The translations under genes were made by a program, and so were the position numbers. 42,006 nucleotides of DNA from assembly GCA_013003465.1 (NCBI GenBank), contig JABDIZ010000363.1, positions 1 to 42,006 of the forward strand. The letters are read 5' to 3'. The first letter of the stretch is position 1. Each line of letters starts with the position of its first letter. This document shows positions 24,650 to 33,412 of the stretch, one piece after another. The notes under the pieces were generated by a model, which was not told the DNA's origin, searched no databases, and saw nothing but the letters and a program-made list of their open reading frames with translations. This stretch comes from Rhodothermaceae bacterium (GTDB lineage Bacteria > Bacteroidota > Rhodothermia > Rhodothermales > Rubricoccaceae).

Positions 24650-25141
24650 ATGCTCATCGGGGTTATCTCGGATACGCACGGCTATTTCCACCCGGCGGTA
24701 CCGGAAGCCTTTGCAGATGTCGATCTGATCCTGCACGCTGGGGATGTCGGCCCGGTTGACGTGCTTGACCAGCTCGAAGCGCTCGCGCCGGTACGGGGCG
24801 TCTTCGGGAATGTAGACGGACCGCCGGTTCGTGGACACCTGCCGGAGACGGATCGCTTCGAGATCGAAGGCGTCCGATTTCTCATGACGCATATCGGCGG
24901 GCATCCGAAGCGCTGGGGCCGTGGCATCGGACCCGTGCTGCGCACGGAGCGCCCCGATGTGTTCATCTGCGGCCACAGCCACATCCTGCGGATCGAGCGC
25001 GTGCCGAGCTTGCGTGGAATGCTCTACCTCAACCCCGGCGCCGCGGGTCACCAGGGCTTCCATCAGGTCAAGACCTGCGTGCGGTTGCGTGTGGAGGGCG
25101 GGCAAGCCCGTCAGGCCGACGTGGTGCATCTGGACGGTTGA
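24650..25141 (+). CDS. YfcE/MJ0936-type metallophosphoesterase
   Basis: 163 aa with the ordered motifs ISDTHG, HAGDV, GNVD, H..GH and CGHSH. Confidence 0.88.
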   Translation: MLIGVISDTHGYFHPAVPEAFADVDLILHAGDVGPVDVLDQLEALAPVRGVFGNVDGPPVRGHLPETDRFEIEGVRFLMTHIGGHPKRWGRGIGPVLRTERPDVFICGHSHILRIERVPSLRGMLYLNPGAAGHQGFHQVKTCVRLRVEGGQARQADVVHLDG

Positions 25142-25219
25142 CCGTTCGCGAGGTGAAGGTTTTTGAGTTCCGGGTTACAGGTTTGCGTGCATCGAGCGGG
25201 GTTCGTGTATAACCTGCCC

Positions 25220-25246
25220 ACCTGCAACCCCTCAACCTGCAACCCC
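25220..25246. repeat. Direct repeat ACCTGCAACCCC x2 (plus a partial AACCTGCCCACC) upstream of the GAF-PP2C gene
   Basis: Perfect 12-nt copies at 25220-25231 and 25235-25246, and a related ACCTGC at 25212-25217. They end 5 nt before the GTG start. Confidence 0.85.
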
Positions 25247-25251
25247 GCAGC

Positions 25252-26958
25252 GTGTCTTCCGCCCGATTCGATCTGAAAAGCGTCGTCGAGGCGAGCGAAC
25301 TGCTCAACGCCTCGCTCGACCTCGACTTCGTCCTCGGCAATCTGCTGCTCGTAGCGATGAGCCGCTTGCTGGTAGGGCGCGGCGTGGTCTTGCTGTCTGA
25401 GCGCGAAAGCGCCTCTCGGTTTCGGGTGGCCGCGGCCAAGGGCGGGGCGGCGATGTCGCCCGGCGATGTCGCGACGCTTCTCGTGCCGACCGATGTAGTC
25501 GAAGGCGATGCCGTGCCTGCGGCGCTGCGGGAGCAAGGGCTGACGTTGCTGCTCCCAGTCCGTCACCAGCAGCGCGTCGTCGGCCTCGTGGCGCTGGGCA
25601 CCAAGGCGACCGGCGAGCCGTTCGAGCCGGGGGAAGTGGCCTTCGCCCGCTCCCTCGTGGGCATCTCGGCCGCAGCAATCCACAACGCGCAGGTGGCCGG
25701 GCAACTGCAGCAGGTCAACCTCGACCTGGCCGCCCGCGTGCAGGAACTCGACACGCTGCTCGAACTCGCACAGGCCTTCAGCACCGCCCTCGACCGCGAA
25801 GGCGCCCTCAAGCTGCTCGGCTTCACGCTCATGGGCCAGTTCCTCGCCGAGCGCCACGCCGTGCTGCTCTGCGAGGACGACGAGACCCTGATCGTCGCGG
25901 CATCGCGTGGGCTGGAGACCGAGATGGACGAGGCCGCGATGGAACTCCTCAACGTGATGGAGGCGCCGTGCCAACTGGTCGATCCCGAGGAGCCCCTCCC
26001 CGACGGGGTCGCCGACCTGCTCCGCTCGCTGGGCTTCGTCCTCGCGCTTCCCCTGCGCACCCTCAACGCCCCACGCGGGCTGTTGCTGCTCGGCCCGCGC
26101 ATCACCGGCCGCCCGTATGCCCCATCCGACCTATCCTTTCTGAGTGCCTTGGGCGCGCTTGCCCTCACCGCGATCGAGAGTGCCGCCCTGGTGGAGGCGC
26201 GCATCGAAAAGGAGCGGTTGGAGGAAGAACTCCGGCTGGCGCGCTCCATTCAGGAACGCCTGCTGCCGCGTGAACTGCCCCGCGTTCCAGGACTGGAGGT
26301 GGAGACCCTCGCGCTGGCCAGTCGGCACGTGGCGGGGGACTATTTCGACGTATTGGAGCTGGACGACACGCACCTGCTCGTGGCCATCGCCGACGTGTCT
26401 GGGAAGGGCGCCCCGGCGGCCTTGCTGATGGCGAATCTGCAAGCGGCCCTGCATCTGCTTCGCCAGAGCCTCGACCCCGTCGCTCCCGACCTCGCGAGCG
26501 CCACCCAGCGCCTCAACCGCGTTGTGTGCGAGAACACGGATCCGGCTTCGTTCATCACGTTTTTTTGGGGCGTGCTCGACCGGCAGCGCTTTCGGTATGT
26601 CAACGCCGGGCACAACCCGCCGCGTCTCGTTCGGGCCCGCGGCGCCGTCACTCAGCTCGATCTGGGGGGCCTGCTCCTGGGGGTCCTCCCCGATGTGGCG
26701 TATGACACGGGGGAGGTAGCGCTCGCCCCCGGCGATGCGCTTGTGCTCTACACCGATGGCGTCTCAGAGGCACGCAACCCGGACGAAGAAGAGTACGGCG
26801 AGGATCGACTAGATGCCCTCCTCGCGCGCCATCGGCAACACACGGCACCGGAGCTGCTCACGGTTCTCCGCGCCGACGTGAACGCCTTCGCCGATGGGGT
26901 CCCGCTCGTAGACGACGTGACCGTGTTGATCGCGAAGGTGGGAGACGCGCTCGGTTAG
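25252..26958 (+). CDS. GAF-domain PP2C-family (SpoIIE/RsbU-like) serine phosphatase
   Basis: Two GAF-like modules, then SIQERLLP, AGDYFDV, IADVSGKGAPAALLMANL, NAGHNPP and LYTDGVSEA. GTG start at 25252, which is the first start in frame after a C-rich, G-poor leader. Confidence 0.88.
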   Translation: MSSARFDLKSVVEASELLNASLDLDFVLGNLLLVAMSRLLVGRGVVLLSERESASRFRVAAAKGGAAMSPGDVATLLVPTDVVEGDAVPAALREQGLTLLLPVRHQQRVVGLVALGTKATGEPFEPGEVAFARSLVGISAAAIHNAQVAGQLQQVNLDLAARVQELDTLLELAQAFSTALDREGALKLLGFTLMGQFLAERHAVLLCEDDETLIVAASRGLETEMDEAAMELLNVMEAPCQLVDPEEPLPDGVADLLRSLGFVLALPLRTLNAPRGLLLLGPRITGRPYAPSDLSFLSALGALALTAIESAALVEARIEKERLEEELRLARSIQERLLPRELPRVPGLEVETLALASRHVAGDYFDVLELDDTHLLVAIADVSGKGAPAALLMANLQAALHLLRQSLDPVAPDLASATQRLNRVVCENTDPASFITFFWGVLDRQRFRYVNAGHNPPRLVRARGAVTQLDLGGLLLGVLPDVAYDTGEVALAPGDALVLYTDGVSEARNPDEEEYGEDRLDALLARHRQHTAPELLTVLRADVNAFADGVPLVDDVTVLIAKVGDALG

Positions 26959-28559
26959 CGGAGCCGCGCCAACCGTTGCGTGGTCGACCCCGAGGAGCCG
27001 CTCACGCGCGCGACGTAGATGCCGCTCGGCCAGGCCTGTGCATCGAGTGTGAACGTGTGCCGACCGGCGTTCAGGAGGCCGTCGTGTACCTGCGCCACGC
27101 GGCGCCCGATGAGGTCGAATACGTCGACAGAGAGCGGTTGTGCTTCCGCGAGGGTAACGGTTAGCCGCGTCTGTGCACGGAAAGGATTGGGCGAAGCCGT
27201 ACTCACCGTGAAGGCCACGGGCTGTTCGTCTTCGAGGGAAGGCGTCACGAGCGGGGTTATCCAGACCGCGAAGATGCGGTCACTGGCCCACGTGTTGCCG
27301 CCCAACAAGCCTGCGTTGGGCATATCTGACTCGATGCCGCCGTGGATGTGTCCGACGAGCGTGCGTCCGCTCAACTCGCGCAGCATGACGACGCCGTTGT
27401 CATACGTCGGCACGGCGGGGTTGGGGAAGTAGGCGGCGTTGGTGCCGAGCAAGCCCGGCATGCGTACGTTGTCCAGCACAAACTCTGCGAGGGTGCCATC
27501 GCTGCTGCGTGCGAGTACGCTCACGTCGTCGATGAACGGAACGAAGATGTCTTCGGCTACATGGCTCGAATCGGTGCCGGGGTATTCCACGAAGAACTGG
27601 CCCATCCCCCCGAAGAAGACCGTCTGCATGGCTTCGGTATCGGCGTCGTAGAGTGACAGGAGCGGAGCCGTGTAGTGACCGAACTGAGCCTCGAAGGCCT
27701 CGGCTGTCAAGCCCCCGTCATCTACATAAATCGGGGTTCGATAAGGCCGCGTTGCGGCGTTGAAGACGCCGCCGTAGAGCGCGAAGGCCTCGCGTCCATC
27801 CGGGTAGACGACCGGCCCCACGTTGCCATCGCGGCGGTGCAGATTTTCAGCATCGCTTAGCTCGGTGAAGTCAGAGAGCGTGAGCGCCATTTCGTCGTCC
27901 GTGAGGGTGAAGCTGCGGATGGCCTCGGTGTAGGCCTGGGACGCCCCGCCGAGGTAGCGTCCATCGAAACGATGGCCCCCGACAAGGTGATAGCGCCCGT
28001 TGTGCTCAATGAGGTGTCCGCCGGTTACGGCCAGTTGGGAATCGCTCGTCTGACGGAGGTGCGGGTTGAGGTCGGTTCCGTTCTGAACCGCCGCGATCAG
28101 GTCCGGCAGGTCAAAGGCGGTCAGCGTATCGAAGGTGATCTGTTCTCCGGCTGCCGTGCTGGTGCCATAGCCTCCGATGACATAGAGGACTGTGCCTGCC
28201 TGGTGAAACTGAGAGTTGGTCGAGCGGAGTGGGTCGGCGAGGCTGTCAGCGAGGCCATCCAGCGAGGCTGTCCAGCGCTGATCGTTCATCGGATCGTAGA
28301 CGACGACGGCTCCGTTGGCGAACTCGTCGGGAAAGGCGTCCGAGTTGACACCGAGGTCGTGCAGGCCGTTGGTGCGGCCCGTCACGAAGACCCAGAGCCC
28401 ATTGTGCTGCCCCACAGCCGAGGAGTGCAGTGCAGGAGCATTCAGGACGGAGATCTCTTCCAGCTCCACAGTGAAGTAGGGGGTGGCGTCTTGGGCGTGG
28501 CCGGAGGCCATCCCGAGGCCGAGCAGCAGAATGAGGCAGAGGAAGTAGAGCGTACGCAT
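26955..28559 (-). CDS. Secreted Kelch-like beta-propeller protein with a T9SS C-terminal sorting domain
   Basis: 534 aa from the ATG at 28559, with signal MRTLYFLCLILLLGLGMASGHAQ. Repeated GG-containing blades are present (VIGGYG, LVGGH, LYGGVF, FFGGMG). The C-terminal CTD reads SPNPFRAQTRLTVTL...VDVFDLIGRRVAQV...GIYVARV...RLARLR. Confidence 0.82.
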   Translation of the reverse strand: MRTLYFLCLILLLGLGMASGHAQDATPYFTVELEEISVLNAPALHSSAVGQHNGLWVFVTGRTNGLHDLGVNSDAFPDEFANGAVVVYDPMNDQRWTASLDGLADSLADPLRSTNSQFHQAGTVLYVIGGYGTSTAAGEQITFDTLTAFDLPDLIAAVQNGTDLNPHLRQTSDSQLAVTGGHLIEHNGRYHLVGGHRFDGRYLGGASQAYTEAIRSFTLTDDEMALTLSDFTELSDAENLHRRDGNVGPVVYPDGREAFALYGGVFNAATRPYRTPIYVDDGGLTAEAFEAQFGHYTAPLLSLYDADTEAMQTVFFGGMGQFFVEYPGTDSSHVAEDIFVPFIDDVSVLARSSDGTLAEFVLDNVRMPGLLGTNAAYFPNPAVPTYDNGVVMLRELSGRTLVGHIHGGIESDMPNAGLLGGNTWASDRIFAVWITPLVTPSLEDEQPVAFTVSTASPNPFRAQTRLTVTLAEAQPLSVDVFDLIGRRVAQVHDGLLNAGRHTFTLDAQAWPSGIYVARVSGSSGSTTQRLARLR

Positions 28560-28768
28560 GACAGAGGTAGAGCAAATCCAATCACAAACCGAAAGGCCGG
28601 GATTGTTACGGGCGAGAAAGGTAGACAAAGTGGGTCTTGGGGACGCAAAGAAAACAGAAAGATGCGCCCGTTGGTGCGCTCCATTCAACGCATCAGCGAG
28701 CGGGCGAGGTGTCCTCATCCTGCGCTTCCGCTTGCCCGGCAAGGTTGTGTGCCCGACCTTTCCGGGTC

Positions 28769-29638
28769 ATGAAGCGTCTTGCCTTCCTGCTCACGCTGCT
28801 CAGCGTGTTCGCGTCTGCCTGCACATCCGATGAGGCACCGTCGTCGCCCCCGGCGCTGCCTATCGACACGACTGCTGGGGTCACCTATCCGGTACCGTAC
28901 CGCTTCAATGCGCCGGACACAGCATTCGCTTTCCCTGGCTCGCTCCGTGAGATCTCGGGCCTGACGGCGCTTGGTGAAGGCCATCTAGGAGCCATCCAAG
29001 ACGAGGAGGGCATCCTCTTCACCCTAGATCGGCAGACAGGCCGGGTGCAGGGCGAGCGGCGCTTTGCCGAGGACGGTGACTACGAAGGCATCGAGCAGGT
29101 TGGCGAAGCCGTCTGGGTGCTCAAGAGCAACGGGGCTCTCTATGAAGTAAACGATTCGACCAGCGCCCGTTCGCCTAGCGAGGCCGTCAATACGGCGCTC
29201 CACGATGGCTGTGACGCAGAGGGACTCGCCTATGAAGCGGCTCGCAACCGCCTCCTGATCGCGTGCAAAGAGCGACCTGGGCGACGCCTCGGCAATGTGC
29301 GGGCGATCTACTCCTTCGATCTGGACACGCGCAGCCTTGACGAGGAACCGGCATTCTTGTTAAACCGGGGAGCGCTCAATTCTGAAGGACAACCGTTCAA
29401 GCCCGCCGCGCTCAGCATCCACCCCCGCACCGGTCAGATTTTCATCATCTCGTCCGTCCGGAAGGCGCTTGCCGTTCTAGACCCTGATGGGGCTCTGGTG
29501 ACCGTGGTGGATTTGCCGGACCGGCTCTTCGTGCAGCCCGAGGGCCTCACCTTTTTCCCGGACGGGACGCTGTTCATCGCCAATGAAAGTCGGCGTGGCG
29601 CAGCTACCTTACTCCGTTTCAACGAACAGACGCCCTGA
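28769..29638 (+). CDS. SdiA-regulated/phytase-like beta-propeller lipoprotein
   Basis: 289 aa from the ATG at 28769, with lipobox LSVFASAC. LREISGLTAL, DYEGIEQV, DAEGLAYE and QPEGLTFFPDGTLFIANE recur with the spacing of the SdiA-regulated (YjiK-like) propeller family. The stop overlaps the next start (ATGA). Confidence 0.78.
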   Translation: MKRLAFLLTLLSVFASACTSDEAPSSPPALPIDTTAGVTYPVPYRFNAPDTAFAFPGSLREISGLTALGEGHLGAIQDEEGILFTLDRQTGRVQGERRFAEDGDYEGIEQVGEAVWVLKSNGALYEVNDSTSARSPSEAVNTALHDGCDAEGLAYEAARNRLLIACKERPGRRLGNVRAIYSFDLDTRSLDEEPAFLLNRGALNSEGQPFKPAALSIHPRTGQIFIISSVRKALAVLDPDGALVTVVDLPDRLFVQPEGLTFFPDGTLFIANESRRGAATLLRFNEQTP

Positions 29639-32600
29639 TGCGCCGGATGCTCCGCCACTCTCCTGCTGCCTTCCTCCTCGTGTGCCTCTTCCTCGTGGGG
29701 TGTGCCGCTACGCGCACCTATGTGGCGGGTGACTACCAGAACTGGGATGCCGCTCCCGCGCCCTCGGAGATCAGCGTCGCCTACGAAGTCTTCCTGTTAG
29801 GCAACACCGGCTACGGTACGCCGGACGCCCCCGCGTTGGTCTACCAGGCCCTCTCGCGCGAACTGGCGCGTGCAGGCGAAGCGAGTGCCGTCGTGTTCCT
29901 CGGCGACCTCGTGTCCGAGGGCATGCCGGACTCGTCCTCAGTAGGGCGCGCGGATGCCGAGCAACGTCTAGAGCGGCTGGCACAAGCCGTGCAGGCCTAC
30001 GACGGTCGCGTCTTTGCCGTCCCGGGCGATCGCGATTGGGAATTGGGTGAGGAAGGGGTCGAGCGGCTGGAAGACGCGCTGGAAGACCGCCTGGGCCGCG
30101 GCGATGTGATGGCACCCGGCGATGCGCGCCCGGGTCCGGTCGTCCTCGAACTGACCGACGACCTAGTGCTCGTGCTCATCGATACCGCGTGGTGGCTCAC
30201 CAGCGATCCCCGCCCTGATGGCGACGCAGGCAAGTTCGACGACGACGAAGGGGACTACGAGGTCGAGAACCCCTTCGAGATGGTGCTCGCGCTCGAAGAC
30301 GCCCTCCGGGAGTACGACGACGAGAACGTGCTGGTCGTCGGGCATCATCCCCTCGAAACCAACGGCGCATACGGAGGCTACTCGACCTTCACGCAGCACC
30401 TGCTGCCGCCCGTGATCGGCTCCATCAGGCCGCTCTTCCGTCAGTTCGTCGGGACGCGTCAGGACCTCGCCAACGCGCGCTACCGCGATCTCCGCAGCGC
30501 GCTGGACGAGATCTTCTTGGCCTACGACGGCGTGGTGTATGCTGCCGCGCACGACCTGAGTCTTCAGGTCTTTCCCATCGAGCAATCCATTCGGCGGACG
30601 CAGCACTACCTCGTCAGCGGCTCGGCCGCCGATGCGGACCCGGTTGCCTCTGGGCGCGGGGCAGCCTTCGCCGCCTCCGAGCGGGGCTTCATGCGCCTCC
30701 GTTACATGGACGACGCCTCCATCTGGCTCGATGTGATGCAGGTCCAAGAGACCGGCGAGAGCACCGTCGTCTTCCGGCAGCAGCTCCGCGAAACCCCGCG
30801 CGAAGAGGTGCCGGACGAGATTCCCGATGTGGACCCCGCCGCGCTGCCCAACTACGCCGACTCGACCGTCGTGCAGGCCATCAACCCCGATTATGCTGCG
30901 GGCGGGCTCCGGCAGTTTTTCGTCGGCAGTGGCTACCGCGACGCGTGGTCTACGCCGGTCGAATTTCCGGTGCTGGATCTCTCGATGAACGGTGGGCTCA
31001 CGCCGGTCAAGCGCGGCGGTGGAATGCAGACGGTTTCGCTCCGGCTCGCCGATGCAGAGGGGCGCGAGTACGCGCTGCGGCAGTTGCAGAAGATCCCGGG
31101 GCGGACGCTGCCCGAGGTGCTTCGCCGTACCATCATCGCCGACATCATTCAGGAACTGACGAGCGCGACGATCCCGTGGGGTGCGACCGCCGTGGCCGAG
31201 TTGGCTGAAGCTGTGGGCGTCTATCACACCAACCCGCGCCTCGTCTTCGTCCCGGACGACCCGCGCCTGGGCGCCTACCGCGAGACGTTCGCCAACTCGC
31301 TCGCCCTCTTCGAGATGCGCCCCGATGACGACATGTCGGACTTCCCCAACTTCGGGGCCTCCGAGAATGTGGTGTCGTCGCCGTCCATGCTCGAGGACGT
31401 GGAGGGCGACAACGACCACCTCGTGGACCAGCGCTTCTTCGTCAAGAGTCGCCTCTTCGACATGCTGCTGAGCGACTGGGACCGGCACCCGGATCAGTGG
31501 CGCTGGGCTTCGTACGAACCGTTCGAACTGGACCCCTCGCTCGAAGGCGATGCCCGCACCGACGGCAAGATCTACCGGCCGATCCCGCGCGATCGGGACT
31601 TCGCCTTCTACCGGCTCAATGGTCTCATTCCGAGCATTGCCCAGACCGTGGAACCCAAGCTCCAGACCTTTACCGGGGGCTACGGCAACTTGCGCGGCTT
31701 GACCACGAGCGGCATTCCGCTCGACCGCCGCTTCGCCAACCAGATGCTGGAGGAAGATTGGGTGGCCGAGGCGGAGGCCATCCGCGCGAGCCTCACCGAT
31801 GAGGCCATCGAGGCGGCATTCCGCACCTGGCCCGATGCCGTCTACGATGCCTACGGGGCCATGATGGTCGAGACGCTCAAGGAGCGGCGCGACGAACTGC
31901 CGGAGGTTGCAGAAGACGTGTACCACATTCAGGCGGAGATTGTGGATGTGATCGGCTCCAACAAGCGCGAGCGCTTCGAAGTGACGCGTTACGAAGGTGG
32001 CTTCACCGAGGTGACCGTGTACGACTCGAACCGCGACGCCGAGCGGCAGCGCGTGCTCTACCAGCGCCGCTTCGATCCGCGCGAAACCCACGAAATCCGG
32101 CTCTACGGCCTCGGCGCAGGCGACTTCTTCTTCATCGAAGGCGACAACGACGGGGCGATCCGTGTGCGCGTCATCGGCGGGGCGGGCGAGGACACGTTCA
32201 CCAACAACACGGCCGGCGGCGCCCTCATCTTCTACGACACGGAGAACGGCAACACCATCACCGAGCGCGGGCGGGCCTCGCTGTCTCTCAACGATGCGCC
32301 GCGCAACAACCGCTACGATCCGCTGGACTTCAAGCATCCGCGCGGGGCCTTCTATCCCGTGCTGGGATACAACAGCACCGACGGCGCCGTGCTCGGGCTG
32401 GGCCGCAGCGCCATGCGGCCCGGCTTCCGGCGCCACCCCTGGGCTTCGACGCATTACCTCGAAGGCGCTGTCGCTACCTCCACCGGCGGACTCCGCGGCT
32501 CCTACCGGGGCCACTTTTTCGATGTGCTGGGGCCCGACTGGGATGTGACCCTCGACGCAGCCGCCTCGACGCCGCGTTACGTCCGCAACTTCTATGGGTT

Positions 32601-33375
32601 CGGGAACGAGACAGCCGACTTGGGCATGACCAACTCGTTCTTCAACGTGGACATCACCGAGGCGACAGGCGCGCTGGCACTCGTCCGTTCCATCGAAGAC
32701 CTGATCGTGGGTGAGTTCGGCGTGGGCGCCTCCTACTACAAGGTGGAAAACGACCCGGCGCGTTTCATCGGCATGACCATGCTCCCGGCGTCGGCCTTCG
32801 ACGCGCAAGCGTTTGCGGATCTGCAGGCCGTGCTGACCTTCCAGAGCCTCGACGTACCGGCGAACCCGCGCCAGGGCTTCCGCTTTACCGCCGAGGGTGG
32901 CTTGCACGCGGGCCTCTCGGATGCCGCGCCGACCTTCGGGCGCGTCGGCGGCGACCTGGCCTTCTACATCTCGCCGAGCCTGAGCCCGCAATTCACGCTG
33001 GCCGCGCGGGCTGGGGCCGGGCACCTCATCGGCGATACGTTCCCGTTCTATGCCGCTGAAACGCTCGGTGGGCAGTCGACGATGCGCGGGCTCGTGCGGC
33101 AGCGCTACAGCGGACGGACTGCCTTCTACCAGAATGTGGAAGTGCGCACCAAGCTCTTCAACGCGTTCGGCTACTTTGTCCCGACCGACGTGGGCCTGCT
33201 CGCCTTCGTCGATAACGGACGCGTGTGGGCCGACAACGAGTCGTCTTCGGTGTGGCACCAGGGCTACGGCGGTGGCCTCTGGTTCAGCGCGCTTGATCTG
33301 TTCGTGTTCACGGGCACCGTTGCGAGTGGCGACGATGGCGTGCTGGTCAACATCGGGCTCAACTTCCTGTACTGA
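29638..33375 (+). CDS. Calcineurin-like phosphoesterase domain fused to an Omp85 (bacterial surface antigen) beta-barrel
   Basis: 1245 aa with a lipobox-like signal (FLLVCLFLVGC). The N-terminal domain has phosphoesterase-like spacing (VFLLGNTG, VVFLGDLV, VPGDRDW, VVGHHP, AAHDLSLQ). The C-terminal barrel has LGGQSTMRGLVRQRYSG...VEVRTKLF and a terminal ...IGLNFLY. Confidence 0.85.
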   Translation: MRRMLRHSPAAFLLVCLFLVGCAATRTYVAGDYQNWDAAPAPSEISVAYEVFLLGNTGYGTPDAPALVYQALSRELARAGEASAVVFLGDLVSEGMPDSSSVGRADAEQRLERLAQAVQAYDGRVFAVPGDRDWELGEEGVERLEDALEDRLGRGDVMAPGDARPGPVVLELTDDLVLVLIDTAWWLTSDPRPDGDAGKFDDDEGDYEVENPFEMVLALEDALREYDDENVLVVGHHPLETNGAYGGYSTFTQHLLPPVIGSIRPLFRQFVGTRQDLANARYRDLRSALDEIFLAYDGVVYAAAHDLSLQVFPIEQSIRRTQHYLVSGSAADADPVASGRGAAFAASERGFMRLRYMDDASIWLDVMQVQETGESTVVFRQQLRETPREEVPDEIPDVDPAALPNYADSTVVQAINPDYAAGGLRQFFVGSGYRDAWSTPVEFPVLDLSMNGGLTPVKRGGGMQTVSLRLADAEGREYALRQLQKIPGRTLPEVLRRTIIADIIQELTSATIPWGATAVAELAEAVGVYHTNPRLVFVPDDPRLGAYRETFANSLALFEMRPDDDMSDFPNFGASENVVSSPSMLEDVEGDNDHLVDQRFFVKSRLFDMLLSDWDRHPDQWRWASYEPFELDPSLEGDARTDGKIYRPIPRDRDFAFYRLNGLIPSIAQTVEPKLQTFTGGYGNLRGLTTSGIPLDRRFANQMLEEDWVAEAEAIRASLTDEAIEAAFRTWPDAVYDAYGAMMVETLKERRDELPEVAEDVYHIQAEIVDVIGSNKRERFEVTRYEGGFTEVTVYDSNRDAERQRVLYQRRFDPRETHEIRLYGLGAGDFFFIEGDNDGAIRVRVIGGAGEDTFTNNTAGGALIFYDTENGNTITERGRASLSLNDAPRNNRYDPLDFKHPRGAFYPVLGYNSTDGAVLGLGRSAMRPGFRRHPWASTHYLEGAVATSTGGLRGSYRGHFFDVLGPDWDVTLDAAASTPRYVRNFYGFGNETADLGMTNSFFNVDITEATGALALVRSIEDLIVGEFGVGASYYKVENDPARFIGMTMLPASAFDAQAFADLQAVLTFQSLDVPANPRQGFRFTAEGGLHAGLSDAAPTFGRVGGDLAFYISPSLSPQFTLAARAGAGHLIGDTFPFYAAETLGGQSTMRGLVRQRYSGRTAFYQNVEVRTKLFNAFGYFVPTDVGLLAFVDNGRVWADNESSSVWHQGYGGGLWFSALDLFVFTGTVASGDDGVLVNIGLNFLY

Positions 33376-33412
33376 GGCGTAGAACCGCATCCATCCCACG
33401 CTCCCACACCCG

